Virus genome (UHGV): UHGV-0106931
From: a virus
Strand: one strand, 5' to 3'
DNA: 38,673 bases
Shown: one piece after another, positions 28,622 to 38,673 of the stretch
Layout of the letters: each line of letters begins with the position of its first letter
How positions within the stretch are numbered: position 1 is the stretch's first letter
Notes under the pieces: model-generated
Seen by the model: only the letters and a program-made list of their open reading frames with translations
Databases searched by the model: none
What the model was told of the DNA's origin: nothing
Position numbers and translations under genes: made by a program

Positions 28622-29794
28622 ATGGCTCAGGATTACCACCACGGGGTGCGCGTTGTTGAAGTCAACGAAGGTACCCGATCCATTACCACGGTGAGCACCG
28701 CCATCGTGGGCATGGTCTGCACGGGCGATGATGCCGATGCAAAAATGTTTCCTCTTAATAAACCCGTGCTGATCACTGATGTGCTGACTGCCAGCGGTAA
28801 AGCGGGTGAGTCCGGCACGCTGGCCCGTTCGCTGGATGCCATCTCTGACCAGGCAAAACCCGTGACCGTTGTTGTGCGTGTGCCGCAGGGTGAAACGGAA
28901 GAAGAAACCACGACCAATATCATCGGCGCAGTGACTGCTGAAGGTAAAAAAACAGGCATGAAAGCCCTGTTATCTGCCCAGACACAGCTCGGCGTTAAAC
29001 CGCGCATTCTCGGCGTGCCGGGTCACGATAACAAAGCCGTTGCGACTGAGTTGCTGAGTGTGGCGCAAAGCCTGCGTGGGTTTGCCTACCTGTCAGCGTA
29101 TGGCTGCAAGACGGTACAGGAGGCGATCACTTACCGTGAAAACTTCAGCCAGCGCGAAGGAATGCTGATCTGGCCTGACTTTACTGGCTGGGACACGGTG
29201 CTGAATGCCGAAGCAACGGCATATGCCACCGCCCGTGCGCTTGGTCTGCGTGCCAAAATTGATGAGCAGACCGGGTGGCACAAAAGCCTGTCCAACGTGG
29301 GCGTGAACGGTGTCACCGGAATTTCTGCAGATGTGTTCTGGGATCTGCAGGACCCGGCAACCGATGCAGGTCTGCTGAACCAGAACGACGTCACCACGCT
29401 TGTGCGTAAAGACGGTTTCCGCTTCTGGGGTTCCCGCTGCCTGAGTGATGACCCGCTCTTTGCCTTCGAAAACTACACCCGCACGGCGCAGGTGCTGATG
29501 GACACGATGGCAGAAGCACACATGTGGGCGGTGGATAAACCGCTTAACCCGTCGCTGGCGCGCGACATTATCGAGGGTATCCGCGCCAAAATGCGCAGCC
29601 TGGTCAGTCAGGGCTATCTCATTGGTGGTGATTGCTGGCTGGATGAGTCGGTGAACGACAAAGACACGCTGAAAGCCGGAAAACTCACCATCGACTACGA
29701 CTACACGCCAGTGCCGCCACTTGAAAACCTGATGCTGCGTCAGCGCATCACCGATCAGTACCTGGTGAATTTCGCCAGCCAGGTCAGCGCGTAA
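28622..29794 (+). CDS. FI: Tail sheath protein FI
   Basis: 390 aa, P2 FI-like, gene order. Confidence 0.9.
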   Translation: MAQDYHHGVRVVEVNEGTRSITTVSTAIVGMVCTGDDADAKMFPLNKPVLITDVLTASGKAGESGTLARSLDAISDQAKPVTVVVRVPQGETEEETTTNIIGAVTAEGKKTGMKALLSAQTQLGVKPRILGVPGHDNKAVATELLSVAQSLRGFAYLSAYGCKTVQEAITYRENFSQREGMLIWPDFTGWDTVLNAEATAYATARALGLRAKIDEQTGWHKSLSNVGVNGVTGISADVFWDLQDPATDAGLLNQNDVTTLVRKDGFRFWGSRCLSDDPLFAFENYTRTAQVLMDTMAEAHMWAVDKPLNPSLARDIIEGIRAKMRSLVSQGYLIGGDCWLDESVNDKDTLKAGKLTIDYDYTPVPPLENLMLRQRITDQYLVNFASQVSA

Positions 29795-29803
29795 GGGGAC
29801 AAC

Positions 29804-30319
29804 ATGGCTTTACCACGCAAATTAAAACACCTGAACCTGTTTAACGACGGGAACAACTGGCAGGGGATCGTTGAGTCGCTGACGCTGCCGAAATTTACCC
29901 GCAAATATGAGAAGTATCGCGGCGGCGGAATGCCGGGTGCGGTGGATGTGGATCTGGGGCTTGATGACAGTGCGCTGGACACAGAATTTTCCATTGGTGG
30001 TACTGAATTGCTGTTGTTTAAACAGATGGGTAAAGCCACGGTGGATGGCATCCAGCTGCGCTTTACCGGCTCTATTCAGCGTGACGATACCGGGGAAGTG
30101 CAGGCCGTGGAGCTTGTCGTGCGTGGACGTCACAAAGAAGTGGATTCCGGCGAGTGGAAGACGGGCGAAAGCAACACCACCAAAGTGACCAGTACCAACA
30201 GCTACGCGAAGCTGACCATCAATGGTGAGGTGCTCTATGAAGTGGACCTTATCAACATGGTGGAAATTGTGGACGGTGTGGACCTGATGGAAGCGCACCG
30301 CAACGCCCTCGGCCTCTGA
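29804..30319 (+). CDS. FII: Tail tube protein FII
   Basis: 171 aa, P2 FII-like. Confidence 0.9.
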   Translation: MALPRKLKHLNLFNDGNNWQGIVESLTLPKFTRKYEKYRGGGMPGAVDVDLGLDDSALDTEFSIGGTELLLFKQMGKATVDGIQLRFTGSIQRDDTGEVQAVELVVRGRHKEVDSGEWKTGESNTTKVTSTNSYAKLTINGEVLYEVDLINMVEIVDGVDLMEAHRNALGL

Positions 30320-30373
30320 TATATCTGAACGGCGCGGGATACCGCGCCAGAACCCAATTGACAGGACAGCAAA

Positions 30374-30676
30374 ATGAGCGATAAGCAGACTGAAAAGACC
30401 ATTCAACTGGATACCCCCATCAAGCGCGGTAAAACAGAAATCACCGAAATTGTGCTGCGTAAACCGCAGTCCGGTGCGCTGCGCGGTACACGCCTGCAGG
30501 CCATTATGGATATGGATGTAAACGCGATGATGACCGTGATCCCCCGCATCTCCAGTCCGGCACTGACTGCACAGGAAATTGCAGAGATGGACCCGGCAGA
30601 TCTCACTGCCATGTCGGTTGAGGTTGTCACTTTTTTGTTGAAGAAGTCGGTGCTTGCCGGTTTACCGACAGCCTGA
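30374..30676 (+). CDS. E: Tail assembly chaperone gpE
   Basis: 100 aa; contains slippery TTTTTTG near its 3' end. Confidence 0.75.
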   Translation: MSDKQTEKTIQLDTPIKRGKTEITEIVLRKPQSGALRGTRLQAIMDMDVNAMMTVIPRISSPALTAQEIAEMDPADLTAMSVEVVTFLLKKSVLAGLPTA

Positions 30677-30810
30677 CGGTTGACGATCTGGTGGCAGATA
30701 TCGCCACCATTTTTCACTGGCCGCCATCCGTTACTGACGTTATGCCGCTGACCGAAGTGCTGGAATGGCGGTATAAAGCGATTCAGAGAAGCGGGGCCAA
30801 CGATGAGTGA
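30374..30810 (+). CDS. E': gpE+E' fusion produced by programmed -1 frameshift at TTTTTTG (30631-30637)
   Basis: The -1 frame stays open from the slippery site to TGA at 30808-30810, overlapping the T start, as in P2 E/E'. Confidence 0.55.
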
Positions 30811-33800
30811 TAACAACCTGCGTCTGCAGGTCATTCTTAATGCGGTTGACAAGCTCACCCGCCCATTTCGATCTGCGCAGGCCAGTTCAAGAGAACTGGC
30901 TGCTGCTGTCAAAAAATCCCGCGATGCAATAAAGCAGCTTGATCAGGCCGGGAGCAGTTTGGACAGCTTCCGAAAGCTGCAGGCAGAAAATCAGAAATTA
31001 GGCGACAGGCTGAACTATGCCCGCCAGCGTGCAAATTTGCTCAGTCAGGAACTGGGAGCGATGGGGCCGCCTTCGCAACGTCAGGTTGTTGCTCTGGGCC
31101 GTCAACGGCTGGCTGTTCAGCGCCTGGAAGAACGCCAGAAAAAGCTGCAGCAGCAGACGGCGCTTGTGCGTGCTGAACTGTACCGGGCGGGAATTTCTGC
31201 GAAAGACGATGCGGGAGCAACTGCCCGTTTAGCCCGTGAAACATCACGTTATAACCAGGAACTTTCGAAACAGGAGGCGCGGCTGAAGCGACTGGGGGAA
31301 GCTCAGCGCAGGATGAATGCAGCGCGTGCCAGTTATGCCCGTTCGCTGGAGGTGCGTGATCGTATTGCAGGTGCCGGAGCCACCACCACGGCTGCAGGGC
31401 TGGCAATGGGTGCGCCAGTGATGGCGGCAGTAAAAAGCTATACCAGCATGGAAGATGCCATGAAAGGTGTGGCAAAGCAGGTCAATGGTCTGCGTGACGA
31501 TAATGGCAACCGCACTGCGCGTTTTTATGAAATGCAGGATGCCATCAAGGCTGCCAGCGAACAGCTGCCGATGGAAAACGGTGCGGTGGACTTCGCTGCA
31601 CTGGTTGAAGGTGGGGCGCGCATGAACGTCGCAAACCCTGACGACAGCTGGGAAGACCAGAAACGTGATCTGCTGGCCTTCGCCAGCACGGCAGCAAAGG
31701 CGGCAACAGCCTTTGAGCTGCCAGCGGATGAACTGTCAGAAAGTCTGGGGAAAATCGCCCAGCTCTACAAAATCCCTACCCGCAATATTGAACAGCTCGG
31801 TGATGCGCTGAACTATCTGGATGATAACGCCATGTCGAAAGGGGCAGACATCATTGATGTCATGCAACGCCTGGGCGGTGTGGCTGATCGTCTGGATTAT
31901 CGTAAAGCGGCGGCACTGGGTTCCACCTTTCTGACACTGGGCGCTGCGCCGGAGGTTGCAGCCAGTGCAGCAAACGCGATGGTGCGTGAATTGTCCATTG
32001 CCACCATGCAAAGCAAGAGTTTCTTTGAAGGGATGAATCTGCTGAAACTCAATCCTGAAGTGATTGAAAAGCAGATGACGAAGGATGCGATGGGAACCAT
32101 CCAGCGCGTGCTGGAGAAGGTAAACGCGCTGCCGCAGGACAAGCGCCTGTCTGCCATGACTATGTTGTTTGGTAAAGAGTTTGGCGATGACGCGGCGAAA
32201 CTGGCAAACAACCTTCCGGAACTGCAGCGCCAGCTAAAACTGACAGCGGGCAATGATGCGCTCGGTTCCATGCAGAAAGAATCCGACATCAACAAAGACT
32301 CACTTTCCGCTCAGTGGTTGCTGGTCAAAACCGGAGCGCAGAACACCTTCAGCAGCCTGGGCGAAACGCTGCGCCAGCCGCTGATGGATATTCTGTACAC
32401 GGTGAAAAGCATCACGGGGGCGTTGCGCCGCTGGGTGGAAGCTAACCCGGAACTGACAGGCACACTGATGAAAGTAGCGGCTGTTGTGGCTGCGGTTACC
32501 GTAGGCCTCGGCGCCTTAGCGGTGGCGCTGGCTGCAGTGCTGGGGCCGCTGGCAGTCATCCGTCTGGGATTCTCTGTGCTGGGTATCAAAACGTTACCTT
32601 CCGTTACGGCAGCAGTAACACGAACCAGCAGCGCGTTGTCCTGGCTGGCTGGCGCTCCACTGGCAGTGCTGCGACGCGGGCTTGCTTCATCGGGTAACGC
32701 AGCGGGTTTACTTACTGCGCCGTTGTCGTCTTTGCGCCGTACGGCATCACTGACTGGAAATGTCCTGAAAACTGTAGCAGGTGCGCCGGTTGCACTATTG
32801 CGGTCTGGATTATCCGCTTTACGTGCTGTTGCTGTGATGTTTATGAATCCTCTGGCGGTACTGCGCGGTGGACTGGCTGCCGCAGGTGCGGTGCTTCGTG
32901 TGCTTGCATCTGGTCCGCTGGCGATGCTGCGCGTTGCCCTGTATGCCATATCTGGTCTGTTAGGTGCTCTGCTCAGTCCGATAGGTCTTGTGGTTACTGC
33001 ACTGGCGGGCGTGGCGCTGGTTGTCTGGAAATACTGGCAACCCATCACCGCATTTCTCGGTGGCGTGGTGGAAGGATTCAAAGCGGCGGCAGGTCCCATC
33101 AGTGCTGCATTCGAACCACTTAAGCCTGTGTTTCAGTGGATTGGCGACAAAGTACAGGCGCTGTGGGGCTGGTTTACTGATCTGCTGACGCCCGTTAAGT
33201 CGACCTCTGCCGAACTGCAGAGTGCAGCGGCAATGGGGCGGCGATTCGGAGAGGCACTGGCGGAAGGGCTGAATATGGTCATGCATCCGCTGGACTCCCT
33301 GAAATCCGGCGTTTCCTGGTTGCTGGAGAAACTTGGCATTGTCAGTAAAGAGGCCGCAAAGGCAAAACTGCCGGAAAGCGTGACGCGTCAGCAACCTGCG
33401 ACGGTGAATGCAGACGGTAAAGTGATGATGCCATCGGGTGGTTTTCCGTCATGGGGATATGGCTTTGCGGGGATGTATGACAGCGGCGGGTATATCCCGC
33501 GCGGGCAGTTTGGCATCGTCGGTGAAAACGGGCCGGAAGTTGTTAACGGCCCGGCAAATGTGACCAGCCGGAGAAATACAGCTGCACTGGCTGCCGTTGT
33601 TGCCGGAATGATGGGCGTTGTTGCCGCGCCAGCAGAGCTTCCACCGTTGCACCCTTTGGCACTTCCCGCGAAAGGTGGAGAAGCAATTGTGAGTCGCGCA
33701 GCCACTGTGCCGCTCGTTCAACGGATTGAGGCACCGACGCAGATCATCATTCAGACGCAGCCAGGACAAAGTGCGCAGGATATTGCGCGGGAGGTGGCAC

Positions 33801-33880
33801 GCCAGCTTGATGAACGTGAACGCAGGCTGAAGGCAAAAGCCAGGAGTAACTACAGCGATCAGGGGGGATACGACGCATGA
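30803..33880 (+). CDS. T: Tail tape measure protein gpT
   Basis: 1025 aa, coiled-coil N-terminus, Ala/Gly-rich hydrophobic repeats. Confidence 0.9.
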   Translation: MSDNNLRLQVILNAVDKLTRPFRSAQASSRELAAAVKKSRDAIKQLDQAGSSLDSFRKLQAENQKLGDRLNYARQRANLLSQELGAMGPPSQRQVVALGRQRLAVQRLEERQKKLQQQTALVRAELYRAGISAKDDAGATARLARETSRYNQELSKQEARLKRLGEAQRRMNAARASYARSLEVRDRIAGAGATTTAAGLAMGAPVMAAVKSYTSMEDAMKGVAKQVNGLRDDNGNRTARFYEMQDAIKAASEQLPMENGAVDFAALVEGGARMNVANPDDSWEDQKRDLLAFASTAAKAATAFELPADELSESLGKIAQLYKIPTRNIEQLGDALNYLDDNAMSKGADIIDVMQRLGGVADRLDYRKAAALGSTFLTLGAAPEVAASAANAMVRELSIATMQSKSFFEGMNLLKLNPEVIEKQMTKDAMGTIQRVLEKVNALPQDKRLSAMTMLFGKEFGDDAAKLANNLPELQRQLKLTAGNDALGSMQKESDINKDSLSAQWLLVKTGAQNTFSSLGETLRQPLMDILYTVKSITGALRRWVEANPELTGTLMKVAAVVAAVTVGLGALAVALAAVLGPLAVIRLGFSVLGIKTLPSVTAAVTRTSSALSWLAGAPLAVLRRGLASSGNAAGLLTAPLSSLRRTASLTGNVLKTVAGAPVALLRSGLSALRAVAVMFMNPLAVLRGGLAAAGAVLRVLASGPLAMLRVALYAISGLLGALLSPIGLVVTALAGVALVVWKYWQPITAFLGGVVEGFKAAAGPISAAFEPLKPVFQWIGDKVQALWGWFTDLLTPVKSTSAELQSAAAMGRRFGEALAEGLNMVMHPLDSLKSGVSWLLEKLGIVSKEAAKAKLPESVTRQQPATVNADGKVMMPSGGFPSWGYGFAGMYDSGGYIPRGQFGIVGENGPEVVNGPANVTSRRNTAALAAVVAGMMGVVAAPAELPPLHPLALPAKGGEAIVSRAATVPLVQRIEAPTQIIIQTQPGQSAQDIAREVARQLDERERRLKAKARSNYSDQGGYDA

Positions 33881-34362
33881 TGATGGTGCTGGGATTGTAC
33901 GTGTTTATGCTGCGCACCGTTCCGTATCAGGAACTGCAGTATCAACGCAGCTGGCGACATGCGGCAAACAGTCGGGTAAACCGACGTCCGTCCACGCAGT
34001 TTCTGGGACCGGAAAACGACATGCTGACGCTTTCCGGTGTTCTTATGCCGGAAATAACAGGCGGCAGGCTGTCGTTGCTGGCACTGGAGCAGATGGCAGA
34101 ACAGGGGAAAGCATGGCCCCTGATTGAAGGCAGCGGCACGATTTACGGCATGTATGTGATTGAGGGACTGAATCAGACTAAAACGGAGTTTTTCCGCGAC
34201 GGTATGCCGCGCCGGATTGAGTTCACCCTGTCGCTCAAACGAGTGGATGAATCTCTGTCCGATATGTTCGGTGATCTCAGTGCGCAACTGAATAATCTGC
34301 AGGACACGGCAACGTCTGCCTTAAGCGATATCAGTAAAACGGTGGGAGGGCTGCTGTCGTGA
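33877..34362 (+). CDS. U: Tail protein gpU
   Basis: P2 U position and size. Confidence 0.85.
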   Translation: MMMVLGLYVFMLRTVPYQELQYQRSWRHAANSRVNRRPSTQFLGPENDMLTLSGVLMPEITGGRLSLLALEQMAEQGKAWPLIEGSGTIYGMYVIEGLNQTKTEFFRDGMPRRIEFTLSLKRVDESLSDMFGDLSAQLNNLQDTATSALSDISKTVGGLLS

Positions 34363-35459
34363 ATTTCAGCTCTGAACTGCTTAACAAAGGCAACAAAACT
34401 CCCGCATTCAGCATCAGTATTGAGGGCAGGGATATCACCACTGTGCTGGATAACCGCCTGATGAGTTTGACGCTGACGGATAACCGGGGCTTTGAAGCGG
34501 ACCAGCTTGATCTGGAGCTGGATGACGCTGACGGAAAAATCGTGCTGCCGCGCCGTGGTGCGGTTATTACGCTGGCGCTGGGCTGGAAGGGGCAGCCGCT
34601 TTTCCCGAAAGGGGCATTCACAGTGGACGAGATTGAACACACTGGCGCACCGGACCGCCTGACTATCCGGGCGCGAAGTGCTGATTTTCGGGAAACGCTG
34701 AATACCCGCCGTGAAAAATCGTGGCATAAGACCACCGTCGGGGAAGTGGTGAAGGAAATAGCCGCACGGCACAAGCTGAAGATGGCACTGGGTAAAGATC
34801 TGTCGGATAAGCCTGTGGAGCATATAGACCAGACTAATGAGAGTGACGGCAGTTTTCTGATGCGGCTGGCGCGCCAGTACGGTGCTATTGCGTCGGTGAA
34901 AAATGGCAATCTGTTATTCATCCGGCAGGGACAGGGTAAAAGCGCCAGCGGTAAACCACTGCCGGTGATCACTATCACACGTAAGGACGGCGACAGTCAC
35001 CGCTTTACCCTGGCAGATCGCGGAGCCTATACGGGCGTAATTGCCAGCTGGTTGCATACCCGCGAACCCACGAAGAAAGAAAGCACTACGGTGAAGCGTA
35101 AGCGCAGGACTAAGAAGCAGAAGAAAGAGCCGGAAGCGAAGCAGGGCGATTACCTGGTGGGTACGGATGAAAACGTGCTGGTACTTAATCGCACTTATGC
35201 CAACCGGAGCAACGCCGAACGAGCGGCGAAAATGCAGTGGGAACGCCTGCAACGTGGAGTTGCGTCATTCTCGCTACAACTGGCGGAAGGGCGGGCAGAT
35301 CTCTACACGGAAATGCCAGTGAAAGTCAGTGGCTTTAAACAGCCGATAGATGATGCGGAATGGACCATTACGACTCTGACGCATACCGTCAGCCCGGATA
35401 ACGGTTTTACGACCAGTCTGGAGCTTGAAGTGAGGATTGATGATTTCGAAATGGAATGA
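34359..35459 (+). CDS. D: Tail protein gpD (late control gene D)
   Basis: 366 aa, P2 D-like, precedes ogr. Confidence 0.88.
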   Translation: MNFSSELLNKGNKTPAFSISIEGRDITTVLDNRLMSLTLTDNRGFEADQLDLELDDADGKIVLPRRGAVITLALGWKGQPLFPKGAFTVDEIEHTGAPDRLTIRARSADFRETLNTRREKSWHKTTVGEVVKEIAARHKLKMALGKDLSDKPVEHIDQTNESDGSFLMRLARQYGAIASVKNGNLLFIRQGQGKSASGKPLPVITITRKDGDSHRFTLADRGAYTGVIASWLHTREPTKKESTTVKRKRRTKKQKKEPEAKQGDYLVGTDENVLVLNRTYANRSNAERAAKMQWERLQRGVASFSLQLAEGRADLYTEMPVKVSGFKQPIDDAEWTITTLTHTVSPDNGFTTSLELEVRIDDFEME

Positions 35460-35549
35460 TTCTTCGCAATGGAGAACTTTTAAGTTTGCAAAATGGAATA
35501 ATGCGGTATCATTATTGTGAATTTAGCAAAAATGGGGAGAACTCGAAAA

Positions 35550-35768
35550 ATGATGATTTGCCCACTGTGTGGAAGTGTCGCCCATACTCGCAGCAGTTTT
35601 CAGGTATCTTCATTGACCAAAGAGCGTTACAACCAGTGCCAGAACATTAACTGCAGTCATACTTTTGTTACCCATGAAACTTTTGTTCGTTCGATTGCAA
35701 CGCCAAAAGAGTCAAATCCGGTTCAGCCGCATCCAATGAAATCAGGACAGGTGGCGCTCTCTCTTTGA
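35550..35768 (+). CDS. ogr: Ogr zinc-finger late-gene transcription activator
   Basis: CPLCGSVAHTRSS...YNQCQNINCSHTF matches the P2 Ogr C2C2 finger as recalled; start at MMICPL with GGGGAGA RBS. Confidence 0.85.
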   Translation: MMICPLCGSVAHTRSSFQVSSLTKERYNQCQNINCSHTFVTHETFVRSIATPKESNPVQPHPMKSGQVALSL

Positions 35769-35832
35769 CGCTGCCGCCATTTTGTCGCCATCGTTAAAAA
35801 ACAGTGCTTCTAACATCATGATTTTAAAAGGC

Positions 35833-35859
35833 ATAAATTTCAGGCAACAAAAAACCCAT
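35833..35859. repeat. attR core, identical to attL 590-616
   Basis: Exact 27 bp direct repeat. Confidence 0.75.
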
Positions 35860-35891
35860 CAACCTTGAACCGAAATGGCGGGGTTGATGGG
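35855..35891 (-). terminator. Probable rho-independent terminator of ybjL, overlapping attR
   Basis: Stem CCCATCAACC / GGTTGATGGG followed on the minus strand by a U-run (plus-strand A6 at 35849-35854). Confidence 0.45.
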
Positions 35892-36003
35892 CTCCACAAA
35901 ATGGGGACATCAAAGAAAAGCAGTGGCACTAATTAAGACTGATGCCCTGCGGAAAAGTTCTGCGGTTGTGCAAAAAAATTTCATTTTCAGGGCAACTTCA
36001 GTT

Positions 36004-37689
36004 TTATCCTAATCCTGGCCATACCATGACGATGATTGTCCCTGCCAGCGTCAGCAGGACGTTGGCGATTGCGTAGGTGCCCGCATAGCCCAGCGCCGGG
36101 ATGTTACTGCGAGCTGTATCACTGATGATCTCCATTGCCGGCGCGCAGGTGCGTGCGCCCATCATTGCGCCGAACAACAGTGCGCGGTTCATTCGCAATA
36201 CATAAGCACCGAACAAGAAACAGATAACCACGGGCACCAGACTGACAATCAATCCGGCAATCAACATTTGACCGCCAATTGCGCCCAGGCCGTTATTAAT
36301 ACCGCTACCGGCGCTCAGACCAACGCCTGCCATAAACACCATCAAGCCGAACTCCTTCACCATGCTTAATGCACCCTGCGGAATGTAACCGAAGGTCGGG
36401 TGGTTCGCGCGCATAAAGCCCAGCATGATTCCGGCGAATAACAACCCGGCAGCGTTCCCCATGCCGAAACTGAATGTGCTGAACTGGAAGGTGATCATCC
36501 CGATCATCAGCCCAATAACAAAGAAGGCGCAGAATGCCAGCAAGTCAGTGACCTGGCTGTGAATCGAGATAAAGCCGATGCGATCGGCGATGGTTTTTAC
36601 GCGACGGGCATCGCCGCTGACTTGTAAAACGTCACCTTTGTTAAGCACGACGTTGTCATCAATCGGCATCTCAATCTGGCTACGAATGACGCGGTTAAGG
36701 AAGCAACCGTGATCGGTCAACTTCAGTTGTGCCAAGCGTTTGCCAACAGCGTTATGGTTTTTAACGACCACTTCTTCAGTGACGATACGCATGTCGAGAA
36801 GGTCACGATCGAAAACTTCTTTGCCATTACGGAAACTGGGATCGAGTCGGGCGTGGGCGTCAGGATAGCCTACCAACGCTATTTCATCGCCCATTTGTAG
36901 TACGGCATCACCGTCTGGATTTGCCAGAATCCCGTTACGCCGAATACGTTCAATGTAACAGCCAGTTTGTCGATAAATACCCAGTTCACGCAGATTTTTG
37001 CCGTCGGTCCAGGCCACCAGCTCCGGGCCGACGCGGTAGGCCCGGATCACCGGTAAATAAACCTTACGGTTGGCATCAGTGTCCAGGCCACGTTCGCGGG
37101 CGATTTGCTGGGCGCTGGTCTGTAAGTCCTGATGCTGCAATTTCGGCAAGTAACGCGCACCAACAATCAAACTCACCAGACCGATTAAATAGGTTAAGGC
37201 ATACCCGAGGCTCAGATTATCCAGTGCCAGTGAGAGCTGCCTGCTTTCCATGCCGGAATGACGCAGTGTATCGCCAGCACCGACCAGAACCGGTGTTGAC
37301 GTCATAGAGCCTGCTAACATACCGGCCGTCAGGCCAATATCCCAGCCAAACAGCTTACCTAACCCTAAGGCGATCACCAGCGCACTGCCAACCATCACCA
37401 GTGCTAACATTAGGTAATTTTTCCCATCGCGAAAAAAAATGGAAAAAAAGTTCGGTCCGGCTTCGACCCCGACGCAGAAAATAAACAGCATAAAGCCAAG
37501 ATTAAGCGCGTCGGTGTTAATGCTGAAATGTTGTTGGCCTAATAACAGCGATACGACTAAAACGCCAATGGAATTACCCAGTTGGATCGAACCAAGTCGT
37601 AACTTTCCGAGACATAGCCCAAGCGCGAGGACCACAAATAATAACAGAATGTAATTCCCATTTAACAATTCGGCGACGTTTATATTCAC
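36004..37689 (-). CDS. ybjL: Putative transport protein YbjL (AAE-family membrane transporter)
   Basis: 561 aa multi-pass membrane protein matching E. coli YbjL as recalled. Confidence 0.9.
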
Positions 37690-37958
37690 GGAGGCTAACT
37701 TCTTGTTTACTAGTAAGCTGTTGAAAGAAATGGTAATTTACGATAATGTTTTTTACCAGAATTCAGGGCGCAGATTCATTCAGCGCACCTAAACGATAGT
37801 AAAGTAACAATATATTTTACTAGTGTAATCACATTAGGTATCAACGGCTATATGAATTGCGTTGGCCTATATTAGCATGGAATGCGAAGCGGCTTTATCT
37901 TACTGAACGCCACACTGGCGAAAAATGTGTTCGATAGACGCAGTGTCAGGAGGAACGA

Positions 37959-38336
37959 GTGAAACATAAACAACGTTGGGCGGGGGCAATCTGCTGTTTT
38001 GTCCTCTTCATTGTGGTGTGCCTTTTTCTGGCAACGCACATGAAAGGCGCTTTTCGGGCTGCCGGGCATCCTGAAATCGGCTTGCTGTTTTTCATTCTTC
38101 CTGGAGCAGTTGCCAGCTTTTTTTCACAGCGTAGAGAAGTCCTGAAACCTCTGTTTGGCGCAATGCTGGCGGCACCCTGTTCAATGCTTATTATGCGGCT
38201 GTTTTTTTCACCGACGCGCTCATTCTGGCAAGAGCTGGCATGGTTATTAAGTGCGGTGTTCTGGTGTGCGCTGGGGGCACTGTGTTTCTTATTTATCAGT
38301 AGTTTGTTTAAACCACAGCACAGAAAAAATCAGTAA
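37959..38336 (+). CDS. ybjM: Inner membrane protein YbjM
   Basis: 125 aa hydrophobic protein; GTG start with AGGAGG RBS; matches E. coli YbjM as recalled. Confidence 0.85.
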   Translation: MKHKQRWAGAICCFVLFIVVCLFLATHMKGAFRAAGHPEIGLLFFILPGAVASFFSQRREVLKPLFGAMLAAPCSMLIMRLFFSPTRSFWQELAWLLSAVFWCALGALCFLFISSLFKPQHRKNQ

Positions 38337-38365
38337 AGCCCTCAACGTGAGGGCTTGTCAGACGA

Positions 38366-38623
38366 TCAGGCGTCCAGATTCTCTTTCACCCATGCAGCAA
38401 AATCGGTATAGCCGCCGATATGTTGCTGATCGACAAAAATCTGCGGCACGGTTTCTACGGGTTTACCTGCCTTTTGTTGTAGATCTTCTTTAGTGATCCC
38501 TTCCGCACGAATATCAACATACTGATACTGAAAATCATCGCGTTCATTGCTCAATTTCTCAGCCAGATCTTTTGCACGCACACAGTAAGGGCAACCCGGA
38601 CGACCAAAAATAACGGTTTGCAT
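38366..38623 (-). CDS. grxA: Glutaredoxin 1
   Basis: MQTVIFGRPGCPYCVRAKDLAEK... with CPYC active site; start at the internal ATG preceded by AGGAGA. Confidence 0.92.
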   Translation of the reverse strand: MQTVIFGRPGCPYCVRAKDLAEKLSNERDDFQYQYVDIRAEGITKEDLQQKAGKPVETVPQIFVDQQHIGGYTDFAAWVKENLDA

Positions 38624-38673
38624 TATTTCTCTCCTCATAGATTTATGCCTGTAATGATCACGCTAAAATGTAT

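Larger units (their letters stand above)
590..35859. mobile_element. Integrated P2/186-like temperate prophage (about 35.3 kb)
   Basis: Flanking 27 bp att repeats; tyrosine integrase at one end and ogr at the other; full P2-type structural, lysis and tail gene order; cos-like sequence internal at 11873-11891. Confidence 0.88.

Noticed and set aside
30803-33880. Several long antisense or alternative-frame ORFs inside the tape-measure gene (for example 32311-33099 minus, 31041-31475 minus)
   Set aside because: GC-rich coding regions generate long spurious open frames; they fall entirely within a well-supported gene and have no RBS context
1-38673. tRNA gene at the integration site, or a CRISPR array
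   Set aside because: No cloverleaf-like tRNA sequence adjoins either att site (integration is into an intergenic terminator), and no regularly spaced direct repeats were found

Overview
Host context is E. coli-like chromosome: rcdA (ybjK) at the left, and ybjL, ybjM and grxA at the right. Between rcdA and ybjL sits a roughly 35.3 kb P2/186-family (Peduovirus-like) prophage, bounded by a 27 bp direct repeat (attL 590-616, attR 35833-35859). Its lysogeny/early region is 186-like (int, CI-type repressor, apl/cox, cII, Dam methylase, replication gene A); the complete P2-type late region follows (Q P O N M L X, lysis, R S V W J I H G, FI FII E/E' T U D, ogr). Cargo not part of the conserved phage backbone: (1) a KAP-family P-loop NTPase wedged between cI and int; (2) a LexA-box-controlled small ORF and two lipoprotein genes between A and cos; (3) an AT-rich three-gene cassette (HNH-motif protein, unknown protein, minimal nucleotidyltransferase) between cos and portal gene Q; (4) a Gin/Hin-type invertase with an invertible tail-fibre segment. 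The three-gene cassette and the KAP NTPase are the strongest candidates for undescribed or poorly described anti-phage modules. All calls rest on reading the sequence and recalled family signatures; no database search was run.
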